The translations under genes and the position numbers were made by a program. Positions 1 through 9,376 of a stretch of DNA of 64,000 nucleotides are shown one piece after another. The first letter of the stretch is position 1, and the number at the start of each line of letters is the position of its first letter. Where the stretch lies: positions 1-64,000 of the IMG/VR virus record IMGVR_UViG_3300034073_003542, one strand, 5' to 3'. The notes beneath the pieces are model-generated. The model had not been told where the DNA came from, did not search any database, and saw nothing but the letters and a program-made list of their open reading frames with translations.

Positions 1-1
1 A

Positions 2-694
2 CCCGCGAGGATTGGGATAGACAGCCAGGGTGGAGGTGTGGCTATCGAGGAAGCTCTACATGATCCAGACAAAATGGGTGATGGTGAGGTTCCTATTTGG
101 CCCATTATTGATCCTATGAAAGAAAAAGACACGGACGACAAACAAGGATTGCATATCTTAGAATTGGTTCAATTTGCTAATGCCGATTGGACCGCCAAAG
201 CTAATCATGGCCTAAGAAAAGACTTAGAAGATAAAGCTTTACTATTCCCTAGATTCGATAATTTAACCTTGGCCTTCGCCCTAGAACACGAAGGAAAGAA
301 TGTGTTAAATGACGATTTTACGCCCCTTTATGATAGTTTGAGCGAATGTATTCTTGAAATCGAAGAACTTAAAAATGAACTAACAACCATTGTCATGACA
401 CAAACAAGTAACGGCCCCAATGCTCGTGATCGTTGGGATACGCCAGAAAAGAAGCTTACAGGTAACCGTAAAGGCAAAATGCGCAAAGACCGTTATAGCT
501 CTTTGATAATTGCCAATATGATCGCCCGCCAAATTTCCAGAGCAACTGGTGCAGTAGACTTTGGATGTATTGGAGCTAATGCCGCAAACGTAGTAACCAA
601 CAAAAAAGATAGTAACGATCTATATAAGGGTCCAGACTGGTACACAAGAAACGTGAATCAAGCCAACATTTTTCAGGGAATATATCGAAAATAA
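2..694 (+). CDS. terL: Terminase large subunit, C-terminal nuclease part (5'-truncated by window edge)
   Basis: Frame is open from nt 2 (PARIGIDSQGGGVAIEEAL...). IGIDxxGGG and terminal KDRYSSLIIA acidic motifs resemble the RNase H-like terminase domain. Lies directly upstream of the portal. Confidence 0.8.
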   Translation, partial: PARIGIDSQGGGVAIEEALHDPDKMGDGEVPIWPIIDPMKEKDTDDKQGLHILELVQFANADWTAKANHGLRKDLEDKALLFPRFDNLTLAFALEHEGKNVLNDDFTPLYDSLSECILEIEELKNELTTIVMTQTSNGPNARDRWDTPEKKLTGNRKGKMRKDRYSSLIIANMIARQISRATGAVDFGCIGANAANVVTNKKDSNDLYKGPDWYTRNVNQANIFQGIYRK

Positions 695-702
695 GCTATA
701 TT

Positions 703-710
703 TGTGTAAT
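703..710 (+). promoter_or_regulatory. Candidate late-promoter motif variant (TGTGTAAT)
   Basis: Similar to the GGTGTATA motif upstream of other structural genes; intergenic, about 75 nt before the portal ATG. Confidence 0.35.
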
Positions 711-783
711 TGATAGATGATTAGATTACATTCCAATTAACTAAATTTGTCATTAAAAATCGCCCAAGAGAGACCAAAAAGTT

Positions 784-2982
784 ATGGCAAGACGCAAAAC
801 TAAAGAAGAAGTAATAAAGCCACAAAATATTGTGCCACCAGAAGCTTATGTAACATGGGGAGACGACAAAGAATCACAAGAAAAAGCATTTAAAACCCTG
901 GGTAAATCTTTAGATGAATATACCGTTATTCAAAGATCCGAAGGAAATATGCGTTATCGTACGGATTATTCAAACTTGGATGGTCCTACAGGCGGTCGTC
1001 CAGGATTAACAAAAGGAGATTATTACGCGTTTCGTCCAGAAGAAGCTCCTCCTTATTTAATCAAAAATATTTTACAGAGAAGCGATCAGATCTATCAAAA
1101 TAATGGATTGATTAAAAACGTTATAGATTTAATGGGCGATTTTGGAAGTCAAGGAGTAAGACTCGTTCATAGAAATAAAAAGGTTGAGCGATTTTATAAG
1201 AAGTGGTTTAAGAAAGTTAATGGGAAAGAAAGAAGTGAGCGATTCCTAAATAATTTATATCGTACTGGCAATATTGTGATTGATCGTCAAACAGCAAAGG
1301 TAAATGTAAAAGTAGCTAAACAGCTTTATCAATCTCTCGGAGAAAGCGATACACAACTCACAAATATAGATCCACTCATACAGAAAAAAGAAATTCCGTG
1401 GAAGTATACATTTATTGATCCAGTTTGTGTCGATGTGTGCGGAGGGGCATTAGCATCATTCCTACACGACAGATACTACGAAATAAAACTTCCTGCTAAA
1501 CTTCGTAAAACAATAAACAATCCAAAGAACGACGCCGAACAACTAATTGTTAATGGTCTTCCGCAAGTAATCAAAGATTCTGCAAAGACTGCAAAAGGAG
1601 TTATGCTTGATCCATCCAAAACTTTAGTATTCCATTACAAAAAAGATGATTGGCAAACCTGGGCTTTCCCTATGGTTTATTCAATCATGGATGATATTGC
1701 TATTGTGGAAAAGTTAAAGTTGGCTGATATGTCCGCGTTAGACGGAGCTATTAGCAACATTCGTATTTTTAAGATTGGTAATCTAGAATGGAAAATTGCT
1801 CCGACACCAGAAGCTACTGCTCGTTTAGCAGCAATTCTTGGAAATAATGTGGGCGGCGGAACAATGGATCTTATTTGGGGTCCAGATATTGAGTTGATTG
1901 AAAGCAACACTAATGTTCATAACTTTTTGGGTGAGAGTAAATATATTCCACATTATAATGCTATTTATGCTGGTCTTGGTATTCCTCCAACTTTAACAGG
2001 TACATTCGGAGCAGCAGGAACAACTAATAATTTTATTTCTCTAAAGACTTTAACACAAAGACTTCAATATGGTCGTGAGGTTTTAACAAAGTTTTGGGAA
2101 GATGAAATTGCTTTAGTACAAAAAGCTATGGGCTTTGCTCATCCGGCTAAATTAGAATTTGATCGTATGGATTTAAGTAATGAAGACGCAGAAAAGGCGT
2201 TACTAATTCAATTAGCTGATCGCAATATTGTTAGCGATGAATTTATTCAGGCTCGTTTTGGGGCTGATAACGAGATTGAAAATACTAGACTTAATAGAGA
2301 AACTAAGGCCAGAAAATCTGGGCGTATGGTCAAAAAGGGCGGTCCTTGGGCTAATCCAGAATTTGATAATGATCTTAAAAAGATTGCTCTACAACTTGGT
2401 ATTGTAACTCCATCAGAGGTTGGTTTAGAGCTAGAAGAAAAGAAGAAGGGCGAATCTAATCTTATTGAAATGAAAGACAAATTAGATAAAGAAAGTCTAA
2501 AACTCAATATAAAAAATAAAGAAATCAATAAACCTTCAGGTGTTCCAGGGCAAGGTCGTCCAAAAAACGCAACAGATACTAAGAAAAGAAAAACAAAAAC
2601 ATTCAGCCCACAAACTGGTGCAGAGTTAATTGTATGGGCGACTAAGGCACAAGATAAGATTAGTGAATTAGTCAATCCTATCTTATTAGATTTCTACAAA
2701 AAGAAAAACGTAAGAAGTCTTACACAAGCTGAATATAAAGAATATGACATAATAAAATCGAAGATTTTATTTGGATTAGAACCATTTTCATCAGTAACTC
2801 AAAACTCGGTAGCGTCTATGCTTGAAAAAATTAATGATCCAAAACTAAATAAAATGACAATTTTATTTGAGAAGTACCAAAAATCGCTATCGGCTAAACT
2901 TAATGATGAACTTGTAGCAACAGATAATAATGCAGCAAAAGCTTCATTTTACTATTTGGTGTATAATCAAAAAGCACAATAA
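784..2982 (+). CDS. Portal protein
   Basis: 732 aa between terminase and prohead protease. Helical protein with portal-like segments (IKNVIDLMGDF, YAGLGIPPTL) and a basic C-terminal extension containing GRP. Confidence 0.8.
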   Translation: MARRKTKEEVIKPQNIVPPEAYVTWGDDKESQEKAFKTLGKSLDEYTVIQRSEGNMRYRTDYSNLDGPTGGRPGLTKGDYYAFRPEEAPPYLIKNILQRSDQIYQNNGLIKNVIDLMGDFGSQGVRLVHRNKKVERFYKKWFKKVNGKERSERFLNNLYRTGNIVIDRQTAKVNVKVAKQLYQSLGESDTQLTNIDPLIQKKEIPWKYTFIDPVCVDVCGGALASFLHDRYYEIKLPAKLRKTINNPKNDAEQLIVNGLPQVIKDSAKTAKGVMLDPSKTLVFHYKKDDWQTWAFPMVYSIMDDIAIVEKLKLADMSALDGAISNIRIFKIGNLEWKIAPTPEATARLAAILGNNVGGGTMDLIWGPDIELIESNTNVHNFLGESKYIPHYNAIYAGLGIPPTLTGTFGAAGTTNNFISLKTLTQRLQYGREVLTKFWEDEIALVQKAMGFAHPAKLEFDRMDLSNEDAEKALLIQLADRNIVSDEFIQARFGADNEIENTRLNRETKARKSGRMVKKGGPWANPEFDNDLKKIALQLGIVTPSEVGLELEEKKKGESNLIEMKDKLDKESLKLNIKNKEINKPSGVPGQGRPKNATDTKKRKTKTFSPQTGAELIVWATKAQDKISELVNPILLDFYKKKNVRSLTQAEYKEYDIIKSKILFGLEPFSSVTQNSVASMLEKINDPKLNKMTILFEKYQKSLSAKLNDELVATDNNAAKASFYYLVYNQKAQ
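2958..2966 (+). promoter_or_regulatory. Candidate phage late promoter (GGTGTATAA)
   Basis: Same core at 6215 and 16100, each 47-65 nt before a structural-gene start. Confidence 0.5.
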
Positions 2983-3004
2983 ACAACAATAATGCGGAGA
3001 AATT

Positions 3005-4618
3005 ATGGAAATTGAAATTTTCCCACAAGAGCGTGCCGACAATTTATACGACAGAATACTGTCGAATACATCCGTTTCTTATAGTAGTCTAGCAGAGCCT
3101 TGCTCTAGTGACCACTTAAGAGACTTTAATATTTCACATACTGTAGCATCATTAAATGATTATGATCTATATCATGTGCAGTCAATACTAGTTAGTACTA
3201 TTTGGAATAAGAATGACGATGTTTTTGATGCCTTAGAAACATGGCTCGCTCGTCATAGTCCAGAACATAAACCAGCAAATCTTAATCATGACGAAAAAGA
3301 AATTGTTGGACATATTATATCAAATATTCCAGTTACAGTTGATGGTGGAATTATTCCAGAAGATATAAATACTAGTGAATTACCTGTAAAATATCATATT
3401 TTAACTGGTTCTGTAATCTATTTAGCTTATCGTGAAGAAGATCTAAAGGCTAGAGCATTAAAACTTATAGATGAAATTAAGGCTGGTGAAAAGTATGTAA
3501 GTATGGAATGTTTATTTAAGAATTTCGATTATGCTTTAAAGCCTATTAATGCTGGCCCAGAAACTGAATATAAAATTATCACAAGAAATAAAGATTCTGC
3601 TTATTTAACAAAATTTTTGAGAGCTTATGGCGGTAATGGTGAATATAATGGATATAAAGTAGGTAGATTATTAAGACAAATTACTTTTAGCGGAAAAGGA
3701 TTTGTTGATAAGCCTGCTAATCCAGATAGTGTTGCTTTTATTATTAGTGATTACGAAGCCGAACCAGACATTGAAATCTCGATAAATAATCAAGTTGCCG
3801 CAAACGATATTAAAAAAAATGATGAAAAAATCGACGATATAGAGAATTTGTGTGTATCTAATAATCAGACCCAAAACAACGAAACGGAGAATATTATGAC
3901 AGACCAAGACCTTAATGATATCAAATTAACTCTAGCTGAAATCAAAAACGTCTCAGTTGCCAAGAAAGATTGGGAAGAAGAGATGAAGAAGAAGGACGAA
4001 AAGAGCAAGGCTCAAGAAGAAACTATCGCTGAATTAACAGCTAAGGTTTCTGCTGCTGAAGCCGCTCTTGAAGTTGCTAAGGCTGAACTTGATAATATTA
4101 AGCAAGTTAATGAAGCTAGTGTTTCGGCTCTTAATACAAGTATTGCCGAAAAAGAAACTGTCATTACTGAAAAAGAAGCAGCTATCGCCGAATTAACTGC
4201 TCAACTAACCGCTGCAAATGAAGCCATTGCTGCTTACAAGAATAAAGAAGATGAAATGGCTAAAAAAGAAAAAAGTATGAAAAGAACTGCTAGTTTAATT
4301 GAAAATGGTGTAACATCAGAAGTAGCAGTAACATATGCTGAAAAGTTCTGTGACCTAGACGATGAAACATTCGATAGTGTTACAAGTTTATTAGCAGCAA
4401 AAAAGACTGTTGCAGAAACGGTAGCAGAACCAGTTGTTGAAGAACCAGTTGTGGAAAATTCAACAGTTGCTAATGCTGACGAAAGCATTTTGGAGAACGT
4501 AGAAGTTACTTCAGAAGTAAATTTGGCAGTAGCATCGGAAGTTGAAGATCCAATCGCTACTACTCGTGAAGCATTAGTTAATTTCGTATCCAGCAAATTA
4601 GTAAAATCAAAGAAGTAA
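3005..4618 (+). CDS. Prohead maturation protease fused to coiled-coil scaffold
   Basis: N-half has NLNHD, VSMEC and VDKPANPDS motifs typical of phage prohead proteases. C-half is an Ala/Glu/Lys-rich coiled coil. GGAGA RBS; sits between portal and capsid genes. Confidence 0.75.
   Translation: MEIEIFPQERADNLYDRILSNTSVSYSSLAEPCSSDHLRDFNISHTVASLNDYDLYHVQSILVSTIWNKNDDVFDALETWLARHSPEHKPANLNHDEKEIVGHIISNIPVTVDGGIIPEDINTSELPVKYHILTGSVIYLAYREEDLKARALKLIDEIKAGEKYVSMECLFKNFDYALKPINAGPETEYKIITRNKDSAYLTKFLRAYGGNGEYNGYKVGRLLRQITFSGKGFVDKPANPDSVAFIISDYEAEPDIEISINNQVAANDIKKNDEKIDDIENLCVSNNQTQNNETENIMTDQDLNDIKLTLAEIKNVSVAKKDWEEEMKKKDEKSKAQEETIAELTAKVSAAEAALEVAKAELDNIKQVNEASVSALNTSIAEKETVITEKEAAIAELTAQLTAANEAIAAYKNKEDEMAKKEKSMKRTASLIENGVTSEVAVTYAEKFCDLDDETFDSVTSLLAAKKTVAETVAEPVVEEPVVENSTVANADESILENVEVTSEVNLAVASEVEDPIATTREALVNFVSSKLVKSKK
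3896..4618 (+). CDS. Putative internally initiated scaffold protein (240 aa, same frame as the protease)
   Basis: GGAGA (3886-3890) lies 5 nt before in-frame ATG 3896 at the start of the coiled coil; TGTGTATC motif at 3851. Confidence 0.55.
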   Translation: MTDQDLNDIKLTLAEIKNVSVAKKDWEEEMKKKDEKSKAQEETIAELTAKVSAAEAALEVAKAELDNIKQVNEASVSALNTSIAEKETVITEKEAAIAELTAQLTAANEAIAAYKNKEDEMAKKEKSMKRTASLIENGVTSEVAVTYAEKFCDLDDETFDSVTSLLAAKKTVAETVAEPVVEEPVVENSTVANADESILENVEVTSEVNLAVASEVEDPIATTREALVNFVSSKLVKSKK

Positions 4619-4650
4619 TCACTTAACAATAACATATAGGGAGAAACAAC

Positions 4651-5103
4651 ATGGCTCTTAAAACAGATCGTATCGTATTAGACACTGACGTATCATTCTT
4701 CATGAACACAGACGAAGAACGTGGTGGTGTTGCTTGCGTTGTAACAGCTGGTAGTGGTGTTAGCATGGACGATGCCAATGCTGTTGTTGAATATGCTGCT
4801 GCTGTTTCTGGTTCAAAACCAATTGGAATTTTAATGAATGACGTTGTTGATATTGACGTAACTCGTCAACATATCAACTTCCAGAAAGACGAAGTTCTAG
4901 TTGGTAACAAGGTTTGCTTACTTCGTAAGGGCCAAGTTACTACCAATATGATCGTTTCTGGTGCTACTCCTTCTGCTGGCGATGACGCTTATGTTGGCGT
5001 TAGCGGTTTGATTGGTACAAGCGCAACTAATGCCGTTAAGATCGGACAATGGTTGAGCAGCAAAGATTCCGATGGTTATGCAAAAATTGCCGTAAATCTA
5101 TAA
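4651..5103 (+). CDS. Capsid decoration/stabilising protein
   Basis: 150-aa beta-rich Gly/Ala/Val protein directly before the major capsid gene; strong GGGAGA RBS. Confidence 0.65.
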   Translation: MALKTDRIVLDTDVSFFMNTDEERGGVACVVTAGSGVSMDDANAVVEYAAAVSGSKPIGILMNDVVDIDVTRQHINFQKDEVLVGNKVCLLRKGQVTTNMIVSGATPSAGDDAYVGVSGLIGTSATNAVKIGQWLSSKDSDGYAKIAVNL

Positions 5104-5134
5104 TTTAAAAATCTAACACAATAGGGAGAAAAAC

Positions 5135-6142
5135 ATGTCACGTATCGAAAAATTTCAACCAACTCCAGAGTTAACAGACCTTCTTAAAAAGAGCGGCAGT
5201 GCTAACCAGCAAGAATCCTTGGCTGCTAGTGCAGAAATCGCCAAGGCTATCACTGTTCCTCTACGTAAGGGTGTTATCAGTGGTGAAAATACTGGCGGCA
5301 TCTTTACTCCCGTTAAGTTAGAACCAGGCGCAAGTCCAGAGTTTCCTCTTGACTTCCTATCTCCTGGCTCAGAACGTGATCACGTTGCTTACACAATTCC
5401 TAATCATGGCTACATTCCACAACGTAGTGTTGAAGGCGACTACGTTATGGTTCCAACCTACGACGTAGGTTCAAGTATCGACATGAACTTGAAGTACGCT
5501 CGTGACGCTCGTTGGGACGTTGTTGGTCGCGCAATGGAAGTTCTTAACGGAAGCTTCGTTAAGAAGATGAATGATGATGCATGGCACGTTCTTCTAGCTG
5601 CTGGTGTTGGTCGTAACATCGTTGTATACGATAGTGACGCTGCTGCTAATCAGTTTACAAAGCGTCTTATCAGTTTGATGAAGACTGTTATGCGCCGTAA
5701 TGGTGGCGGAAATAGCACAAGCCAGAATCGTGGCACTTTGACCGACCTATATCTAAGTCCAGAAGCTATCGAAGATATGCGTAACTGGAATGTTGATCAG
5801 GTTGATGAAGTTACTCGTCGTGAGATCTATACCGCTGCTGATGGAACGTTGAATCGCGTGTTTGGCGTTAACCTTCACGACCTCGACGAACTCGGGGTTG
5901 GTATGGAATATCAGTTGTTCTATGAAGACGTTCTTAGCGGAACTCTTCCTGGTGGCGACAGCGAAATCGTTGTTGGTCTTGATCTATCGAAGGATGATGC
6001 CTTCATGATGCCTGTTCGTGAAGAAGTTAGCATCTTCGAAGATCCAACCCTTCATCGTCAACGTCGTATGGGATGGTATGGATTCGGAGAATGGGGTTTC
6101 GGCGTTCTCGACAATCGCCGTGTCATTCTTGGTTCTCTATAA
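5135..6142 (+). CDS. Major capsid protein (HK97-like fold)
   Basis: 335 aa, strong RBS, canonical position, followed by an intrinsic terminator; C-terminal GWYGFGEWGFGVLDNRRV pattern. Confidence 0.85.
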   Translation: MSRIEKFQPTPELTDLLKKSGSANQQESLAASAEIAKAITVPLRKGVISGENTGGIFTPVKLEPGASPEFPLDFLSPGSERDHVAYTIPNHGYIPQRSVEGDYVMVPTYDVGSSIDMNLKYARDARWDVVGRAMEVLNGSFVKKMNDDAWHVLLAAGVGRNIVVYDSDAAANQFTKRLISLMKTVMRRNGGGNSTSQNRGTLTDLYLSPEAIEDMRNWNVDQVDEVTRREIYTAADGTLNRVFGVNLHDLDELGVGMEYQLFYEDVLSGTLPGGDSEIVVGLDLSKDDAFMMPVREEVSIFEDPTLHRQRRMGWYGFGEWGFGVLDNRRVILGSL

Positions 6143-6173
6143 TTCTGATTGTCCTACAATCAAACAAAGATCT

Positions 6174-6201
6174 AAGGCTGCTTTCGCAGCCTTTTTTCTT
6201 T
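6174..6201 (+). terminator. Rho-independent terminator after major capsid gene
   Basis: AAGGCTGC-TTTC-GCAGCCTT stem-loop followed by TTTTCTTT. Confidence 0.85.
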
Positions 6202-6214
6202 GGTATAGGGAAAC

Positions 6215-6222
6215 GGTGTATA
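6215..6222 (+). promoter_or_regulatory. Candidate phage late promoter (GGTGTATA)
   Basis: Immediately downstream of the capsid terminator and 49 nt before ATG 6264. Confidence 0.5.
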
Positions 6223-6263
6223 CTTTATTGACCTGTCCTTCCGACACATAAGATGAGGTATAT

Positions 6264-6794
6264 ATGTACTGGGAACCAGAACTACTAATTATGATCAGGG
6301 TTTTAATTAACGATCTAGAAAGTCCATCTACATATTCTGATGCAAGAATAACTCAATTAGCTGTTGTTTCAGCAAAATATGTGCTACAAGATGCTACTTT
6401 AGCAACTAGTTATACTATTGACGTTGTTAATGAGACAATTACTCCAGATCCAGCAGACCCAAATACTAGAGACGAAGTTTTCTTAGGTTTAATAGGAATG
6501 AAAAGTGCTTGTTTATTAGATCACAGTACTTATCGTACTAAAGCGGCCCTGGAAGGCATTAGCACGCGATTGGGGCCAGCAGCATTAACAATTGGAGGGA
6601 ATCTATCTGGATATAAAACCTTGCTTGAAACAGGTCCGTGTGCCTTATATGATCAACTTATACTTGATAATAATATGGGTAATGTGTTGACTGTTCGAGC
6701 CGTATTAAGTCCATTTGTTGGAAATAATTTTGATCCAATAAATATACTTGGAAATCGTGGATCTTTTGGGTTAGGTGATCCTAATAGATATTAA
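6264..6794 (+). CDS. Head-tail adaptor/connector protein
   Basis: 176 aa, helical N-terminus (IRVLINDL...YSDARITQL), first gene after the capsid gene. Confidence 0.6.
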   Translation: MYWEPELLIMIRVLINDLESPSTYSDARITQLAVVSAKYVLQDATLATSYTIDVVNETITPDPADPNTRDEVFLGLIGMKSACLLDHSTYRTKAALEGISTRLGPAALTIGGNLSGYKTLLETGPCALYDQLILDNNMGNVLTVRAVLSPFVGNNFDPINILGNRGSFGLGDPNRY

Positions 6795-6811
6795 GAAATT
6801 TTGGGGGTTTT

Positions 6812-9376
6812 ATGTCATCGATAAATTTTTCTGCCCTCCAAAATTTATACAATACACAAATAGATATGTTGTTAGCGAGTACCGGTTTAACAACTAGATG
6901 TCAACTAAATTATGGTATTACTAAGTTAGATATTTGCCCAAACTGTATTTATGACGCTAATCTAAAAAAATCTTCTGGTAAATATAAAACCGGAGGCCCA
7001 ATACCTTTTATATTAGGTAGAATATGTCCATATTGTAATGGTAATGGATATTATGGCGAAGAAAAATCTGAATCTGTTTATTTAGCAATTATTTGGGATT
7101 ATAAAAGTTGGATAAATCCACCACCAGATATTAAAAATCCAGATGGATATATTCAAACAATTTGTGATAAAACCCTCCTTTCTAAAATTAAAAAAGCAAA
7201 AGATATAACTATAGTATATCACGAAAACAATACTAATCCAGTTTTTCAGTTATATGGAGAGCCAAATCCAGTTGGTTTAGGAGACAATAAATATCTCTTT
7301 TGTATATGGCAAAAAACTGGCAATATGAAGATGGTTGCTAATATTGAGGACGAAGGAGAAGATCCTAATCCCAGCAGTAGCAGCACAAGCGGAAGCAGCA
7401 GTAGCAGCACAAGCGGAAGCAGCAGTAGCAGCACAAGCGGAAGCAGCAGTAGCAGCACAAGCGGAAGCAGCAGTAGCAGCACAAGCGGAAGCAGCAGTAG
7501 CAGCACAAGCAGTAGCAGCACAAGCAGTAGTTCAAGTAGCACAATCATAACAGAAGCAGAATATGCCAACTTTATGAATGTAGCCTCTTGGAACGGATTA
7601 GATGGAAATGTTACAACAGTTGGAACTAACGGAATTTCTAGTTACTACGGAACATACGATCAATCCGGAAATCTTTTTGAAAGAATGGAAAATTCATTTG
7701 TTAGAGGGGGAGCGTTTAACACAACAACCACACTAGGAATATCTAAAGCATATAGAACAAATTGGAGCAGAGGAAACGCTAATCTAGCTGTTGGCTTTAG
7801 AGTAGCCACACAAACAAATCCTAATTCTTTTGATAACTTTGTTGCTGTCGGAAATCCAGGAAATAGTAACGATACCTCTGGTTGGGGACAAGTAAATTAT
7901 TCATATGAGATTAATCAATTTTTAGCTACTAATGAAGAATACACAGAATTTTTAAATAGTATCGCCGAAACAGATACCAATGGCGCATATAATATCAACA
8001 TGGCTATATCCCCAGCGGGAGGTATAGTTAGATCAGGCTCTAGCGGATCTTATACATATGCAACAAAAAGTTGTATGGCAGATAAGCCGGTAAATTTCGT
8101 TACATGGTACAACGCAGCAAGATACTGTAATTGGTTACACAACAATAAACCAACAGGTGACCAGACAGGTTTTACTACAGAAAATGGAGCGTATACATTA
8201 ACTGGAAATACTGGATCGCCAACCAGAAATCCATCTGCTAAATACTATCTACCTAACGAAAATGAATGGTATAAGGCCGCATACTATAATAGCGCTTTAG
8301 CTTATTACTTTACCTATGCTACACAAAGTGACGTAGCTCCTTTATCTGTATGTGCAACTTGTTGTGGAGATGCTACTTTGGATTGTGATCAAGATTGTGG
8401 TAGTGATAGTGGTAGCGGAAGTGGTAGTGAAGAAAGTGGTAGTGAGAGCGGCAGCGAAGAAAGTGGCAGTGGTAGCGAAGAAAGTGGTAGTGGTAGTGGT
8501 AGCGAAGGAAGTGAAAGTGGTAGTGGTAGTGGTAGCGAAGGAAGTGAAAGTGGTAGTGGTAGTGAAGAAAGTGGTAGCGGATGTTTAGATTGTATATCAG
8601 AATATATTACAATATCTTGGTGTGAAGTAGGTAGTGGTAGCGAAGAAAGCGGAAGTGAAGGCAGTGAAGAAAGCGGTAGTGAAGAATCAGGTAGTGAAAG
8701 CGGAAGTGAAGAATCAGGTAGCGGAATTGGGAGTGAAGATAATAGTGGCGGCAATGACGGAAGCGGTAGCGGAAGCGGTAGCGGTAGTGGTGAAATACCC
8801 CCAATACCATTACCTCCATCAGAGCCAGATCAACATTTTAGATGGCCGCCATATAGATTTAGCCCAGAAGATGGGTCGTTTGAAGAAGTTCGTGGATTAT
8901 TCGATGAAAATCTAGCTATTGGAGACCCAGATGGATTATGGACATTAGCTTATATTGAAAAACTTTATGAGGATACTATGCTAGAAGGTCAAACACAAAT
9001 ATCTGCAATTTGGGTTAAACGCGTAAGTCCAAGATTATGGCCCACAGCTAATTTATTTGCTGGAGAATATCATATTGTAGGTAGTCCTATTGGTATAGAG
9101 GCTGATTTTGCTAGCTGGACTACAAGAGCGTTTTCAGGAGCAACATTCTCTATGCAAATAGAACCAAAATTTATATCAAATGAATTACCCAATATAGAAG
9201 CGATTGGTGGTTATTTTATAGATATAATGAAATGGATTGGTGATAACAAAGACACCATTGACAATTCTTATAGAAACATGGGAGCGGGTGTAACTACATT
9301 CGGCAGTGACTTCTATACTGTTAGTGGAAGCTATACTACAGAACAACTAGATGATCTCACAGAGGGATTAATATAA
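6812..9376 (+). CDS. Multidomain virion protein: head-closure-like N-domain (two CxxC), Ser linker, circularly permuted FGE-sulfatase/C-type-lectin-fold domain, SGSEE linker, unknown C-domain
   Basis: CPNC and CPYC in the first 80 aa. FGE-family motifs YGTYDQSGN, RGGAF, GFRVA, VGNPGN, PVNFVTWYNAARYCNWL and LPNENEWYKAAYY. Confidence 0.6.
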   Translation: MSSINFSALQNLYNTQIDMLLASTGLTTRCQLNYGITKLDICPNCIYDANLKKSSGKYKTGGPIPFILGRICPYCNGNGYYGEEKSESVYLAIIWDYKSWINPPPDIKNPDGYIQTICDKTLLSKIKKAKDITIVYHENNTNPVFQLYGEPNPVGLGDNKYLFCIWQKTGNMKMVANIEDEGEDPNPSSSSTSGSSSSSTSGSSSSSTSGSSSSSTSGSSSSSTSGSSSSSTSSSSTSSSSSSTIITEAEYANFMNVASWNGLDGNVTTVGTNGISSYYGTYDQSGNLFERMENSFVRGGAFNTTTTLGISKAYRTNWSRGNANLAVGFRVATQTNPNSFDNFVAVGNPGNSNDTSGWGQVNYSYEINQFLATNEEYTEFLNSIAETDTNGAYNINMAISPAGGIVRSGSSGSYTYATKSCMADKPVNFVTWYNAARYCNWLHNNKPTGDQTGFTTENGAYTLTGNTGSPTRNPSAKYYLPNENEWYKAAYYNSALAYYFTYATQSDVAPLSVCATCCGDATLDCDQDCGSDSGSGSGSEESGSESGSEESGSGSEESGSGSGSEGSESGSGSGSEGSESGSGSEESGSGCLDCISEYITISWCEVGSGSEESGSEGSEESGSEESGSESGSEESGSGIGSEDNSGGNDGSGSGSGSGSGEIPPIPLPPSEPDQHFRWPPYRFSPEDGSFEEVRGLFDENLAIGDPDGLWTLAYIEKLYEDTMLEGQTQISAIWVKRVSPRLWPTANLFAGEYHIVGSPIGIEADFASWTTRAFSGATFSMQIEPKFISNELPNIEAIGGYFIDIMKWIGDNKDTIDNSYRNMGAGVTTFGSDFYTVSGSYTTEQLDDLTEGLI
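7373..7540 (+). repeat. Coding tandem repeat, 24-bp unit AGCAGTAGCAGCACAAGCGGAAGC (Ser/Thr/Gly linker)
   Basis: Five perfect copies plus degenerate partial copies; no spacers. Confidence 0.95.
8398..8790 (+). repeat. Coding low-complexity (SG)n/SEE repeats
   Basis: Two blocks of GGTAGT/AGCGAAGAA-type repeats encoding SGSEESGS, separated by a short Cys-containing segment. Confidence 0.9.

Noticed and set aside
7373-7540. 24-bp direct repeats as a CRISPR array
   Set aside because: Copies are contiguous with no spacers and encode an in-frame Ser linker; no cas operon. The Cas4-like gene at 62632 sits among replication genes.
7565-7810. Diversity-generating retroelement targeting the FGE/CLec domain
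   Set aside because: No reverse transcriptase and no second near-identical template repeat seen in this window; cannot be excluded elsewhere in the genome.
7246-8915. Leu/Pro-, Ala/Gln- and Val/Lys-rich ORFs in other frames and strands
   Set aside because: Shadow ORFs created by the stop-free AGY/GGT repeats of the real gene.
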